64,000 nt of DNA from Octopus sinensis (Eukaryota), in the NCBI RefSeq assembly GCF_006345805.1, contig NC_043015.1:2790001-2854000 (forward strand). Reading direction: 5' to 3'. The position numbers and the translations under genes were made by a program. The notes beneath the pieces were generated by a model, which saw nothing but the letters and a program-made list of their open reading frames with translations, did not search any database and had not been told where the DNA came from. Each line of letters opens with the position of its first letter. Positions within the stretch are counted from its first letter, which is position 1. Below, piece after piece: positions 51,333 to 64,000 of this stretch.

Positions 51333-51889
51333 CTAAAGAAAATAAATGCGACAGCACATATAACGAAGCCACTGAAACACAAACACATACATAACGATGT
51401 ATAAACATATACGGAATACTAATCTTTGCTTTCCTTAGCTTCTTATCTTCGCAACAAATTGTTACAGGCGTATACGTCGATATTTTACGAAGAAAATCTC
51501 CTAAATACATACAGCAGATGCTGATGAAATTATAAATTATCTTTAAATTTCTGTCTATGTAAGTAACAAATAAATTTATTGCGTTGTAATTTAACTATTT
51601 CTCTACATAGCATACATGGAAGCCAAAATATTAAACGATATATGGCATCGTTCAAAGCGACAGATTAAACGGTCAGATTCCAATTATTTCATGAATGCAA
51701 TGTTGTTGATATAATGCATGAAAATTTCATGTCTCCGAACTCTGCTTAACTGAAGATTAAGAATTAAAATAAATGAATGATATAATATATTGATGCATTA
51801 TTATAGAAATAGATAAACTTTGAAACCATTCTGCTTGTAGACCATTGTATTTGTTACATAAGTATGTTTATTTTGCTCTCTCTAACTCT

Positions 51890-52085
51890 ATCTATATATG
51901 TCTCTCTTCCTCTTTCTATCTACCTATCTCTCTAGCCATCTATCTGCCTATCTTTCTATCTATCTATATATCTATCTATCCATCCATCTATCTATATATC
52001 TAAATCTATCTATCTTTATATATCTATGTGTATCTATTTATCTATCTATCTAGCTGTGACTCTATCCATCTATCTATCTATCTAC

Positions 52086-52151
<66 letters not shown>

Positions 52152-52170
52152 ATCTATCTATCTATCTATC
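51890..52170. repeat. Degenerate (TCTA)n tract
   Basis: Seen directly in the sequence. Confidence 0.95.
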
Positions 52171-52310
52171 CGTGTCTCTGCTACTATATCTGTCTGCATA
52201 CGCAGACAGCCACAGATTTATAAATATAGATAGATTGTGAGTGAGATAGAAAAAAATGTAACATAGACACTCAGACACTGAAACAATAACAGACACACGA
52301 AGAGCACACA

Positions 52311-52342
<32 letters not shown>

Positions 52343-52346
52343 GATA

Positions 52347-52378
<32 letters not shown>

Positions 52379-53316
52379 GCCGATCTCACGGTCGTTGACT
52401 TCGGATTTATTTCGTATCCGAGAATCTATTTTCTTCTTTGCTAAACGTTTCCTTTCTGGTGAAGCCGTTCATGAATCTGTAGACGTATGGCCTGGATTTG
52501 TTTAAGGTGGGTCTGAACTTGCAAGGAAGTAACCCACACACTTGGTCTTAAGACCTTCCTCTTCGGCACATATAGAATGAGACACGCATGATCCAGTTAT
52601 GAAACTCTAAAACCCCAAAACGGTAACAGTGGATGAAGCGAACGATAACTAAAGCAGTTCTCAGCGTCTGAAGCAGCGGATATAGAGGGCCCCTCTTGAT
52701 GGACATACAACAGAAAGCTCCACTCAAAAACAGTAACCGGATTAGCAGCACACACATTTGTATATCATAATTCGTTATAAGATTTCCCATGACTGTACAC
52801 ACATATACACATATATATAAAGGTATATGTGTAATCTATTGAAACACTTAGTTATACATTTATATATGTGCAAACGCGTACGTAACGTGCATTTGTGCTG
52901 ATGCATGAGCGAGTGACGTTATACAGACACACAAACACACATATTTATTTATGTGTGTGTAAGTCTGCGCGAGTATTTAAGTGCGTGTGTGTATGGTTAT
53001 AATTTGCACAGTAAAATTTACATATGAACACTACTTGAGACGTTTTGGTAACTATTTGTTAATCAAAATACACCTTTATTAAACATGCCATCTAAAGGAA
53101 GGTAGAGGAAGCGGTGAAACTAGAAAATAAAAAGCAAAAAATCGAAAACAGCAAAAAGGAACAATGTCGTATATCATCTGCATTTATTAATTTTACGACC
53201 AGTAGTTGAAAAAATGCTTGTTAATCAATATTTAGCACAAGGAGAGGAGTATCGTACGTGTTGGTCTATATTATATGATTCCAGCTATATCATGTATTTT
53301 AATGAGATTTTTGTGA

Positions 53317-53627
53317 GGGCGCAATGACCCAGTGGTTAGGGCAGTGGACTCGCGGTGAGAGGATTGTGGTTTTAACTCCCAGATCGGGCGTTGTGAGTGT
53401 TTATTGAGCGAAAACACATAAAATCTCCACGAAGTTCCGGGCAGGGGTTTGTGGCGACCCCTGTTGTACTCTTTCGCCCCAACTTTCTCTCACACTTTCT
53501 TCCTGTTTCTTGAGTAAATCTGCGATGAACTGGCGTCTCGTCCAGCTAGGGGAGGGGCCACATACGCTGCAGAAACATGGAAAGTGGGCCCTTCAGCCTG
53601 GCTAGGCGTGAAAGGGCCGCATAAAAA
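53317..53627 (+). mobile_element. tRNA-derived SINE with V-SINE-like 3' motif
   Basis: A box TGACCCAGTGG, B box GGTTTTAACTCC, 3' motif CTGCGATGAACTGGCGTCTCGTCCAG, A-rich end. Confidence 0.7.
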
Positions 53628-54337
53628 AATTATGTTTTTACTACTCCATTCGTATACTATCTTTCTTGAAACCACAAACACACAGTAACGTTAAGAGTTA
53701 AATTTAAACTCTAAACTGATCATGTGTTCTGTTAAAGCAAAGTGTGTGTAACAATATTTCATGAAATATAATATAAGTTAGAATGATCTATGTATCAGTG
53801 TTTACTGTGTTTACAGTTCTCTAATTATTTGAGTTTAAAATTGTTTACCTCATTAATTTCAATCACTGTACTTTAGAAAGTCGTATAAATACATATACTT
53901 ATGTATACACACACATACACTCACATAAGTTTATATATATATATAATTACGTATATATATATATATACGCATGCATATTTATATTATAAATATATATACA
54001 CGCATATGTTATATATTATGCATATGTATATACATTTATGTATGTATGCATATATGCACACGCACACACACCTATTCCCATGAGGTGTGTACAGGCTAAA
54101 ATGTAATGCATTAAGCATTTTAATTACATTGACGATATTCCATTTCTCTCTCAATCCCGATATTGTCATTACAGAATATACTATAGAAATTTCTGTTAAA
54201 TATCCACAGCGTTTAGACGAAATGGCTCCATTGATGATTATTTTTCATCGTGCAACAGACGTCATTTAATTTCAATGTGTTTCGAAATGAAAAGACTACA
54301 TTATTTTCGTGTAATCTTTGAAGAGATTTATATATAA

Positions 54338-54420
<83 letters not shown>

Positions 54421-55284
54421 TGTGATTGTGCATATATATATATATATATATGGAATAATCATAACAACAACAAGAATAATATGACAATAATAATAATAAT
54501 AATCGACTAGGGGATTATGTTTCTATAGAAAGCCATGTTTTCCATAAAAAAGCTATAACCGACATAAACCATTTTGGGATAATATTATGGAGACTCGACT
54601 TTCATACAGTTTCAATAACAAATAAGTAAATGTTTATTATATTCACTGTATTAATATAACATTTACAGAAATCGTTTTCAAAAGTACTGAAATATATTTC
54701 AATATTGCATAATTCCATTACGCCACTGATTTAAAACCATGTACCTACATTCTTATCTACCTAAACACCCTACCTGGCAAAACACACGCGCATAAGCAGA
54801 CACATGTACACGCACACACACATTATCACACACGTTTACACACAGACACGCGCATACAGGCGTGTAACTTCAACGAAACTTTCGAGGAGTTAATATCTGC
54901 ATATGTTGTTATTAATGGCTAAGAAATGCCAAATATATGATAAAAACAGGAAATAAATACGTAATGTCACATATATATATACATATATACTTACACACAA
55001 GGAGTTAAAATATTAATTTAGGTACCGTCCTTGTAATTTTTGGTACAGTGATAAGAGATATTCAACAAAACTTCCTTCCCTGATCTGAAAACTGAAAGAC
55101 GGAGGAATCAGTTTCGACATGCCGTGGATAATCGTCTTGAAACCCCGACCCTATATTAAATGGTGCAGAAAATGTTACGCCGCTTCCTGTATCTCTTAAA
55201 AAATAAAACTTGATAACCTCCAACAATTACATAAATCCAAGGAATTTTCTCTTTACGTCTTCAATAAAAACATATCGGCATACA

Positions 55285-55393
55285 ATACGTACAGAACAGC
55301 CGACAGCAGACAGCCCTGACGGATTGAGCGAGCGATGCCGAATGACTCAAATAGCTGGCCGTTTACTTTGAATACTGGATACATTAGATGGCC
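55285..55393 (-). mobile_element. L1/Tx1-type RT internal fragment, copy 1
   Basis: FKVNGQLFESFGIARSIRQGCLLSAVLYVL (RT domain 4). Confidence 0.75.
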
Positions 55394-55399
55394 AACAAC

Positions 55400-57050
55400 A
55401 GTGTCCAGTATAGCTGGCTCTTGGAGTGTTTAAGCCAATAAAGTGATAAAGTACTTTTTGGAGAAGTCAGTGAACGAATTGGAGGAAAGACTGATGTAAG
55501 CAAATGAATCCCAGGGTACGTGAAAATATGCAGCTGACATTTTTCAAGGAGACTTGCTCTCTTCATTAGTTATCGTCATTGCTCTAATCCCAATAGCAAA
55601 TATATTTAGAAGATCCAGAGCTGCCGTTAAGTTACCAAAGCCAGTGTAAGAATAAATCACCTATTTCATATGGAACATCTCAATAAATGTAGAAACAAAC
55701 CTGGATTCTGTTATCCAAACAGTCAGAATATTCAGTAAAGTTAGTGAAATGCTGTTTGGTGGCATAATGAAATACTATAAAATAAAAAAGGAAAGAAAAA
55801 AGAGTGTAAGAATACACTGCATACACTAAAATGTTCCGCTGCAGTGGTTCGATTGCAAATGCGTACAGAAGAGCCGACAGCCCTGACCGATCGATCGAGC
55901 GATGCCGAATGGCCCCAGTAGGTGGCCGTTTACTTTGAATACTGAATATATGAAATGGCCGGAATATCAAGTATACAAACATTAAATTACCACAGCCGAC
56001 TGTAATGGCATAATGAGGGATGCATATACTCCAGTATATTGCAAGACGATAAGTTAAAGTGCTTGTAAGATAAAAACGCTGAAGAATACAAAACAAAAAT
56101 TAGGAAGTTGCTGGAATCAAAAGGCATTGCAAGTATAATACTTAAAGTCATAAATACATGGTTAATTCCAGTATTCATATACTCTGCGTCCTTTTCCGAA
56201 ATAGAAATGCAGAACATCGAATGTGCTCTATGGTTAAGGTAATATCGACAGAGTCTATATGCCAAGGAAGGAATATTGCGGAGGATTAGTAAACGTAGAA
56301 GACCGTGTTGGTGCTGCGGCACCGAGTTTGAACATTGTGTTGTACAGATTAAAGAAAGTATATATTCGGCAACGAGAGGTATAGAAAATATGACTGAAAC
56401 AGTTCGAGACTACAAAGAGAAATGGAAAAGAAGAAGAGCAGAATGAACAAATTAGAAGAAATAGAGCTGCATGGCCAATCCATCCAACAAACCAAGAATG
56501 TTGTCAATGGAATCTGTTGGGTTTATTTACTGCTGGGTTACTTCAAGCGAGGAACAGAAACTTTCTTTGTCGAAATCTACTCAAGGCAAATATATATAAA
56601 AATGTCGAATCTGCAGGAAAGGCGCCGAGCGTATGAATCACATTTTGTGTGGAGGCAGTGTACTAGCATAGATGGAGTACAAGCCAGGACATGACAACGG
56701 AAAGAAAAGAGTGAGTTTCAATATTTGTCGAGTTTGTGGCTGGTTACAAAACAACAGAAAGATGGTATGAGCAGGGACAGAGACAACGAGAGAACATGAG
56801 AGGTACAAGATCTAGTTGCACGTCGCCAAGACTGATCATATTGTTGATGGTAGAAAACCAAACATGATTATGGAGGACAAAATAAACAAAGATTGCAAGA
56901 TAATAGATTCTGCGATTCACAATGATAGCAGAGTCGATAGAGAAAAACAAATGGATAAAAACACGTTAAACAGCAGGATCTCACCAGAGAGCCGAGGAAT
57001 TTGTGAATTACGGAGACGAAATAATTCCTGTAGTAATAAGCGCACTTGGC
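55400..57050 (+). mobile_element. R4/Dong-like non-LTR retrotransposon fragment 1 (RT 3' part, CCHC, REL endonuclease), decayed
   Basis: IFQGDLLSSLVIVIALIP, INHLFHME, LDSVIQTVRIFS, SILQDDK..EEYKTKIRKLLESK..VINTWLIP, RICRKGAERMNHILCG..EYKPGHD, TDHIVDGRKPNMIMEDK..CKIIDSAI. Confidence 0.85.
55830..55960 (-). mobile_element. L1/Tx1-type RT internal fragment, copy 2, nested in the R4-like element
   Basis: FKVNGHLLGPFGIARSIGQGC..LLYAFAIEPL; covers the same interval as 55285-55393. Confidence 0.75.
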
Positions 57051-57229
57051 AAAATACCAAAGTCATGAAAATTACTGGAATTGAATCTCACATTGTTAAC
57101 AGCCGTATAGTTTGGAAGAATCCTAAGCTAACTTCTTTAGAATTGAGGAGACCGATTGGTAACCTAACGTTAAAATACCTGCTTACTAAATTAGAATGCT
57201 CTAGCGTGTTGTTAATAAGATATTCAGCA

Positions 57230-58730
57230 GCTTTTGTAGATCGGACAAAATCTGGACTAGCAAACTATTGACAGAACGATTATGAAGGAGTTGAATATGA
57301 ATGGATGATTTAATCCAAGAGCAGAATTAGCGAGGTTGCATTGGTTTGTTATTAGAAGACTGTATCGAGCTAGCTATAGTAGATATGGCCACCTGATAAG
57401 GTAATGGCGAGAAGATTTTCAGAGCTGCTAGATTGACAATAAAGAGATTGGGGAACCAAAGAACCAAATGTAATTAAAACTAGAAAAACGGAGCAAAATT
57501 ATTTCACTGGCAAGAATTCTTGCATGGTAGATTTAAAAGAAGTAGCAGAAAATAGTAAGAATGAGACATGCGTGTGATTTCAGAAAGGTATGAAAAGTGA
57601 GACAGACACTTTGTTAGCAGCACAAGATCAATCATTCTAGACTAACCGGATAAAACTAAGTTTTTAAAAAAGTCAGATAGACTCCCAATGTAAATCAAAG
57701 GAAGAAAGTGTTACTCGTATAGTTAATATATGTAGTATGCTAACACAGAAATAATACAAGAAAATATATGGAAATCTAAAAATGTTAACCAACTGTGCGC
57801 TGTGTAGAAACCCACGATTTGAACATACGCCTAAGTATTATCAACGTACCACTTATCGGTAAAAAAAAAATAAATTGCTAGGGAGTAAGAAATATAAGAT
57901 GTTGCGAGATTTTAACATTCAGAGTGACAGAGTAATAGAACTGCCAGTCTTCATTTAGTGGTATAACAAAGCACCAGGACGTAACCATTCAGTTACAGGG
58001 GCTGTGGAGAATGCTAGTAAAACGTATTGGTACATTCGGAACTGTTTCTAACGATTTCAATAGCAGGAAAGAGGGGGAAAAGGTATAAATCGTAGTTTAA
58101 TGCAGGCTGGGACAAAAAATATTCATAAGGACAGCTAGGACACTCGGAGGGTTCTTGGGATCTTAGGTTAATTTGTTGTAGCTTTAAGTTGGGATATATT
58201 TACAGTTGAGCCTAGCTGAAATAACAACAACGTCAACAACAGCAACAATAATAATAAATGCCCTGATGCTGTACAAGGCATTGGCTCACATGTTATCTGA
58301 TTTTACCTAACTGAGAGTGTTATCATGTATATTGATTTATCATGGTATAAAAGATGGGCTACAGCAAGTATTAAGGACCAAGACCACAGATATACTTGTC
58401 AGTTGTTTCACCTTAACCAGTTGAGCATGTCCCTTAGTGGCTGATGATATGTGCAAACCTGATCAGGAGAAGAATTAGTGGGGGAGCATCATAGACCTGT
58501 GTTGAGAGGGATTCTGTGTGCTTTGAATAATTCACCTCTGGAAACATGGGTACTTCGTTCAACATTCTTAAACAACCCTTTTTTCCGAGAATTTGCTGTT
58601 TATCTTGATTATGAGATTACCCTGTCGCGCACATGTTGTTGTGATGCATCTGCTTGGTGTACCCATATCAGACGTATTGTCATGTTGAGCATACTAGGCT
58701 ACATATATTTTACCCCAGTTTCACTTTGAC
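57230..58730 (+). mobile_element. R4/Dong-like fragment 2 with 3' UTR
   Basis: DRTIMKELNMNG*FNPRAELARL, DSQC..KEESVTRIVNICSML, RDFNIQSDRVIE, ORF end RTARTLGGFLG (LGTARILRRVL-like), then the 3' UTR shared with 24520-25060. Confidence 0.82.
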
Positions 58731-59392
58731 GATCATAATGGTAATAATAATAACAGTAATAAAATAGCGATGCATTTTTGCGGAGGGGGAAAGTGTGTTT
58801 TTTGATCATTCGTTGTTCAGGCTTATCATTGTATTTATAAATAGGATGAGCATCATTTTACATGCAATGCCAAGCTAATGTGGTCAGAATAATTTCTTTG
58901 TGCTAAGCAAACAAAATCTTATTTCATGCACGGATTGCCACAAGCCTTTCTCTATCCTTATTTCCAATTTCTTTTCCCGAAGGTGTATTTCATGCCGAAA
59001 CATTGGATTTGGAAAGAAAACAAAACTACATTATATCTTTTAATCAATAATATCAGCATAAAAACGAAATATACATTACGTAAATGAAAAACCTGACATC
59101 ATCACCAACGGAAATTCTTCGGATTTTGTGTTAGGTCAATTTGCCTGTGGGAAAGGAAGATTTCCAATAGAATCTTCAAATTAACTAATCGGCATGTTGC
59201 CAGTTTGGGCAACAGAAGGACAGGATATGATGTTGAAATGCAAGGGCTGCAAATTAGAATAGGTGAAAGGCAATTTATATCCGTTTTAAGTTATAGTCAT
59301 GCACGATGTATGTGCACGCACGCTATCTCTCCTTCATAAATGCAACACGTTTTCAAAAGTGAAAACTATTGTACGAATCTCTGAGTGCATAT

Positions 59393-59443
<51 letters not shown>

Positions 59444-59518
59444 TGTGTGTGTGTGTGTGTGTTGTGTGTGTGTGTGTTTGTGTGTGTGTATGTATATGTA
59501 TATATATATATATATATA

Positions 59519-59551
<33 letters not shown>

Positions 59552-59713
59552 TAAATAGATAGATAGATAGATGGATAGATATATAGATATATGTACATAC
59601 ATGTGTGTGTGTGTATTCGTGCGTGTCCGTGCGCGTGTGCATGTGCGTTAATACACAATGTTACAGTACATATTTCATTGAAAATTGTGTATGTTTTTTT
59701 TCCCTTTCAACAG

Positions 59714-59873
59714 AACTCTTTTGTTATAAGGCGTTCCATATCATGCACAGCGTCGTATATGCGTTGGAAAAAGGTGTTGACCAATCCTGCAGGAAAAGAC
59801 ATGGATGCGTGTGTTTCGTTTACAGGTAATTTCAGTTTAGTACGGGCTGCGACAATAGTCAGTGTGAACAATG
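59714..59873 (+). CDS. Candidate coding exon (NSFVIRRSISCTASYMRWKKVLTNPAGKDMDACVSFTG...), host gene unknown
   Basis: Very strong acceptor ttttttccctttcaacag; donors CAG|gtaatt (59825) or ATG|gtaaat (59873), both phase 1 in the open frame; higher GC than the flanks. The opposite strand is also open, so the strand is not certain. Confidence 0.35.
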
Positions 59874-60325
59874 GTAAATGAAGGTGTAGGTGCAATGTGC
59901 ACACCCATGTAAGAGCACCGGTATACTTTTACGTAGCTTCTATTTGTGGCCATAGGAATTGGTATTTTTAAGCTGGACTTTTATAATGTACATGAAAATA
60001 TCCCGCACGCAGCTATCGATAAAAATATAATTTTCTGAAAATTTAAACAATTCTCAGGGTTATGTGATTCTTGCAAAGCAGGTATAGTTATAGTTTAACG
60101 ATTCCGGCTTTATATTCAACTATTTAAATTATTTCGGAAAATGAGATGTTATGAACAACATGAGTAATTCTAATTATATTAAATATTCTTTTTTGTATGA
60201 AAGAAATACCATGCACATTCCTAAACTGTATCTAACCTCTTTAGGTACTATGTCTGCGATATTGCAGAATAGTTAGCATGTGAAACAAAATGATTAGTTG
60301 TATTTTCATCATTTTCCAACTCAAG

Positions 60326-60390
60326 ATGTAATTCGCCGTGTTCCCAATAGTCTTCCATCATTTTGGGACGATGGACTAAGCTCTAGTCAG
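60326..60390 (+). CDS. Candidate 65-nt exon (DVIRRVPNSLPSFWDDGLSSSQ)
   Basis: Acceptor ttttcatcattttccaactcaag, donor CAG|gtagca; the phase-1 start is compatible with the 59714 exon. Confidence 0.28.
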
Positions 60391-61247
60391 GTAGCACTGT
60401 GGATGCTAGTCCACCTTATTACTAAAGTTAAATCATCAGATGTCTGAGAGACACAGCCCGTCAACATCAGTTTCATTCTATTATCTTTTGTGTAACTGTG
60501 CACTGTATACTTCAGAAAAAATGGTTGTTTTTTTTAAACAAACCAATGTATATGCATGAATCATTCACTCACAGATCTCAAACATGCGTATGATATTACT
60601 GATATACCCTTTAATGTAAATTTCAGAAAATTATGCTAAAGTCATTGCGGCTGTGATAATCACTGGCATCCTACACTGCTATCGATGTGATTTTAAAACA
60701 CCTTATTATCCTCTTCATCATTGCTCTTGTGAGAAACATTTTCCTGCTCATTCTATGTCGGAAATTTATTTACTTTTTATGAATCCACTATACTTATGTA
60801 CATTGAAAGAGCAATACACTGAGATAGACCTACATGCTATTTTTTGAGCGTTAGACGTTGTTACGCATTAACATTCGAATTGATATTCCCGTTGTTATTC
60901 GGTGAATGCAATCCAGACGATAATTTCATTAATTTTATTTTCTGTAATGAATACTCTTGCTTATCATAATTCGCGCTATTAAGTAAGGTTTTTTGGAAAA
61001 TATATGTTTCTGGTATAAATCGTCCAACAATCGTCATACTGCTACAATTACTTGCAATAAAGTCACAATGAAACAAATATAATAAGAATATTAAGCGTTT
61101 AAGGTAAATTGTTTTCCATGCATCCACTTCGATTTACGGCTTTCGTTAGAAGCAGTAATTATAGTTTCTTAAATAAAGGAAACCTATGACTGAAATGAGA
61201 AGTCAAAGAGAACATTGCAGCATCGAAACTGATGGAATAACATATAA

Positions 61248-61278
<31 letters not shown>

Positions 61279-61544
61279 GGGATATATATATTGGTGTGTG
61301 AGTTAGTGTATGTATTTAGATATAGTTATATATACTTAGTTATATGTGTATGCGTATGTGTGTATATATAGTTTATATTTTTTGTTTTATATTTAATTGT
61401 TGATAGGGTTTATTTTAGATTATATATTGATTATATATGGATTATATATAGGTTATATATAGATTATATATTTATATTTTTCATTGATACTTTTATTATT
61501 TTAAAATTATTTTTTAAACTTATATTTTAAAATATTGATATTTT

Positions 61545-61771
61545 AGATCGGAAATCCACCTGAAGATTGTCATTTGAAGACATGAAACAATTGTAGTGGC
61601 GGTTTTTTTACTTTTTATTAAAATCTTATGTATTGATTAAGTCTTTCCTTGTTTGTTTTGCAAAATAGTGGTTTTGTCTCTAATTAATATTATATAATAT
61701 TTTACTATAAAATTGGATTTAATCCTAAATCTGATCTTTTCCCTATAAATTTGGATTTATTCCCTAATATT

Positions 61772-61775
<4 letters not shown>
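61545..61775 (+). mobile_element. Solo PLE-type terminal repeat (family 1), ending at (TA)n
   Basis: Collinear with 31840-31990 and continues into the tail seen inverted at 31717-31822. Confidence 0.75.
61556..61599 (+). ncRNA. Minimal type-I hammerhead ribozyme motif (family 1, copy 2)
   Basis: CCAC-CTGAAGA-T-TGTC(atttgaa)GACA-T-GAAA-CAATTG-TA-GTGG; predicted GUA site after 61595. Confidence 0.8.
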
Positions 61776-61809
<34 letters not shown>

Positions 61810-62538
61810 AGTACAGACAGGTGAGTTTTACACGTAACACAATTTCGCTGCCGAATGTCGTTTCGAGTTAACCTGAATCAATAAGTTCGAAGAATTTATT
61901 TGTTGGTGTGCATATATGGGTTAATTATTGCACCAAATATTCCACAGATGTGAATTCTTAGACAGATGGTAAAAGAAAAAGCAAAAATGAAATAACATGC
62001 AAAGGTCGACGTAACGATTTTACATGATGAGTAATATATCGTAGAATATGTAAATGATGTATCTCTTGAGATTTTCAAATAGTGCAACGAAAAGTTTTTG
62101 GTAGAAATTCCAATGAATACTTGAAGGGTGGTTGTCGCACAAAGATAATGATGGAGTTCAGGAAACGCATAAAACTACCAAGACGTTAAATGGAGCAAAA
62201 GTCTAATTCACAACATAATTCGCTGGTGTGTATTTGGCAGTAATCGGATATAGTTGTTAAAAATGACTGTTGAAACCAAGATGTTCTAAGTCAAAGATTA
62301 GGTAATCAAGTCTGATAGTAACAGATATTAACAACAAATTTATATACATATGTACATACATACATATCTGGATGAATAGCCAGCGTCACTTGCATAAGCA
62401 TGAATATAAGTGTGTATTTGTGGTGTATGTATGCATCAATCTATTTATCTACATATATATATATATATAATATATATATACATATATATATATATACATA
62501 TCTATATACATATACATATATATGAATATATATATACA

Positions 62539-62581
<43 letters not shown>

Positions 62582-62642
62582 AAATATATATATATTTATA
62601 TTCATACATTCGCACACATAGACACACACACATTTATATATA

Positions 62643-62680
<38 letters not shown>

Positions 62681-63436
62681 TTCATAGATATGCATATACA
62701 TGCACATACATACAGGTAAAACACATATATTTACGGATGTACATACAGTAAAATATGCACAAGAAGAGGAAATATATTTTATTCATTTCTTTTAGTATAC
62801 GGCATCCTGTATATTCTTTTTTCCTTTTGAATGGTCAAATATCCTTTGCAATAGATAAATTAACATTCTATATATCCATATATTTATAAAATTTATATAC
62901 GCGTAGCAACAAGAATATGCCGGTGTATTTCTCTAGCTGTAATACGTATGTATTTAGTGTAGTGTATCTGAGAGTGGAATATGAAACATCTAAGAAAGCC
63001 ATGTTATAAATAAAATTAATTTCTTAGAAAACCAAAATCTCTAACATTTGCAACGCAGTGACATTTTTTCCTTCAGTATATGAAGAGATTTTGTTAATCT
63101 ATAACTTCAAAGGAATAACCATCCATAAGAAACTTTCTAAGAATATGGAAAATGATAATCATTGGCAAATAACTACGGTTCCTGTTGGTACTGGTGATGC
63201 TGCTGCTGCTACTACTGCTACTACAACTACGACTATGATTACTGCATATAATGATAATAATAATAATGATGATTATGATGATGATGATGATGAGGAAAAT
63301 AATTGAAGCAACAAGAATAATAGCAACCATAGCTTCGTAAACCTGTCCAACTATCAAAACACCCATACACACACACAAACAAACCCGCACATATTCAGTC
63401 GAACATAGACGCATATATACACATATATATATATAG

Positions 63437-63532
<96 letters not shown>

Positions 63533-63624
63533 TTGTAGTAACAAAAAGAGAAAATATGAAAAATGATACATCGAAATCCAAACTTATAAATATTTAAGTA
63601 GTTATCTGTCTATATACATCCATC

Positions 63625-63663
63625 AATCTATCTATCTATCCATATGTATAATATGTATATAGG

Positions 63664-63713
<50 letters not shown>

Positions 63714-63716
63714 AAT

Positions 63717-63783
<67 letters not shown>

Positions 63784-63785
63784 TA
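63625..63785. repeat. (TAGA)n microsatellite
   Basis: Seen directly in the sequence. Confidence 0.95.
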
Positions 63786-64000
63786 GTTGTGCGTGTGTGC
63801 GCGTGTGTATTGATTGTGAGTTTGTGACAGAGGGACAGTCAAAAATACAGAGATGGAGTGATAGGAGGGATGAGGGTGAGTAAGAGAAAGAGAGGGGTTT
63901 ATGAGTAGCTGTACATAAATACATATCTGTATACACAAATGAGCGAATACACAAATGATGGGAATACTTCCCTCTGAATAGAAATGCTGATATTCCAATC

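Overview
This is eukaryotic, very AT-rich DNA saturated with (TA)n, (CA)n, (TAGA)n and trinucleotide microsatellites. The SINE families look like those of Octopus or another cephalopod (inference from repeat recognition, not a database search). No host gene can be named with confidence; only scattered short exon candidates were found. Most ORFs in the supplied track are microsatellite artefacts or transposon debris. Recognisable content: at least three tRNA-derived SINE families, decayed mariner and Tc1 transposases, a Helitron helicase fragment, a CR1/L2-like 3' end, two tandem R4/Dong-like (RT + REL endonuclease) fragments, and several Penelope-like elements (PLEs). The most notable signal is a set of minimal type-I hammerhead-ribozyme-like motifs from four apparently unrelated families, lying in PLE terminal repeats or in solo repeats of the same type. 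One family has two copies (31854-31897, 61556-61599) that keep all stems while the stem-II loop and core position N7 diverge. One locus (46222-46380) has a 112-nt hammerhead periodicity resembling a very small retrozyme. Two PLEs show the inverted-terminal-piece + 5'-truncated ORF + terminal repeat layout, with the inversion breakpoint inside the ribozyme. Several (TA)n-anchored inverted or duplicated segments may be assembly artefacts.
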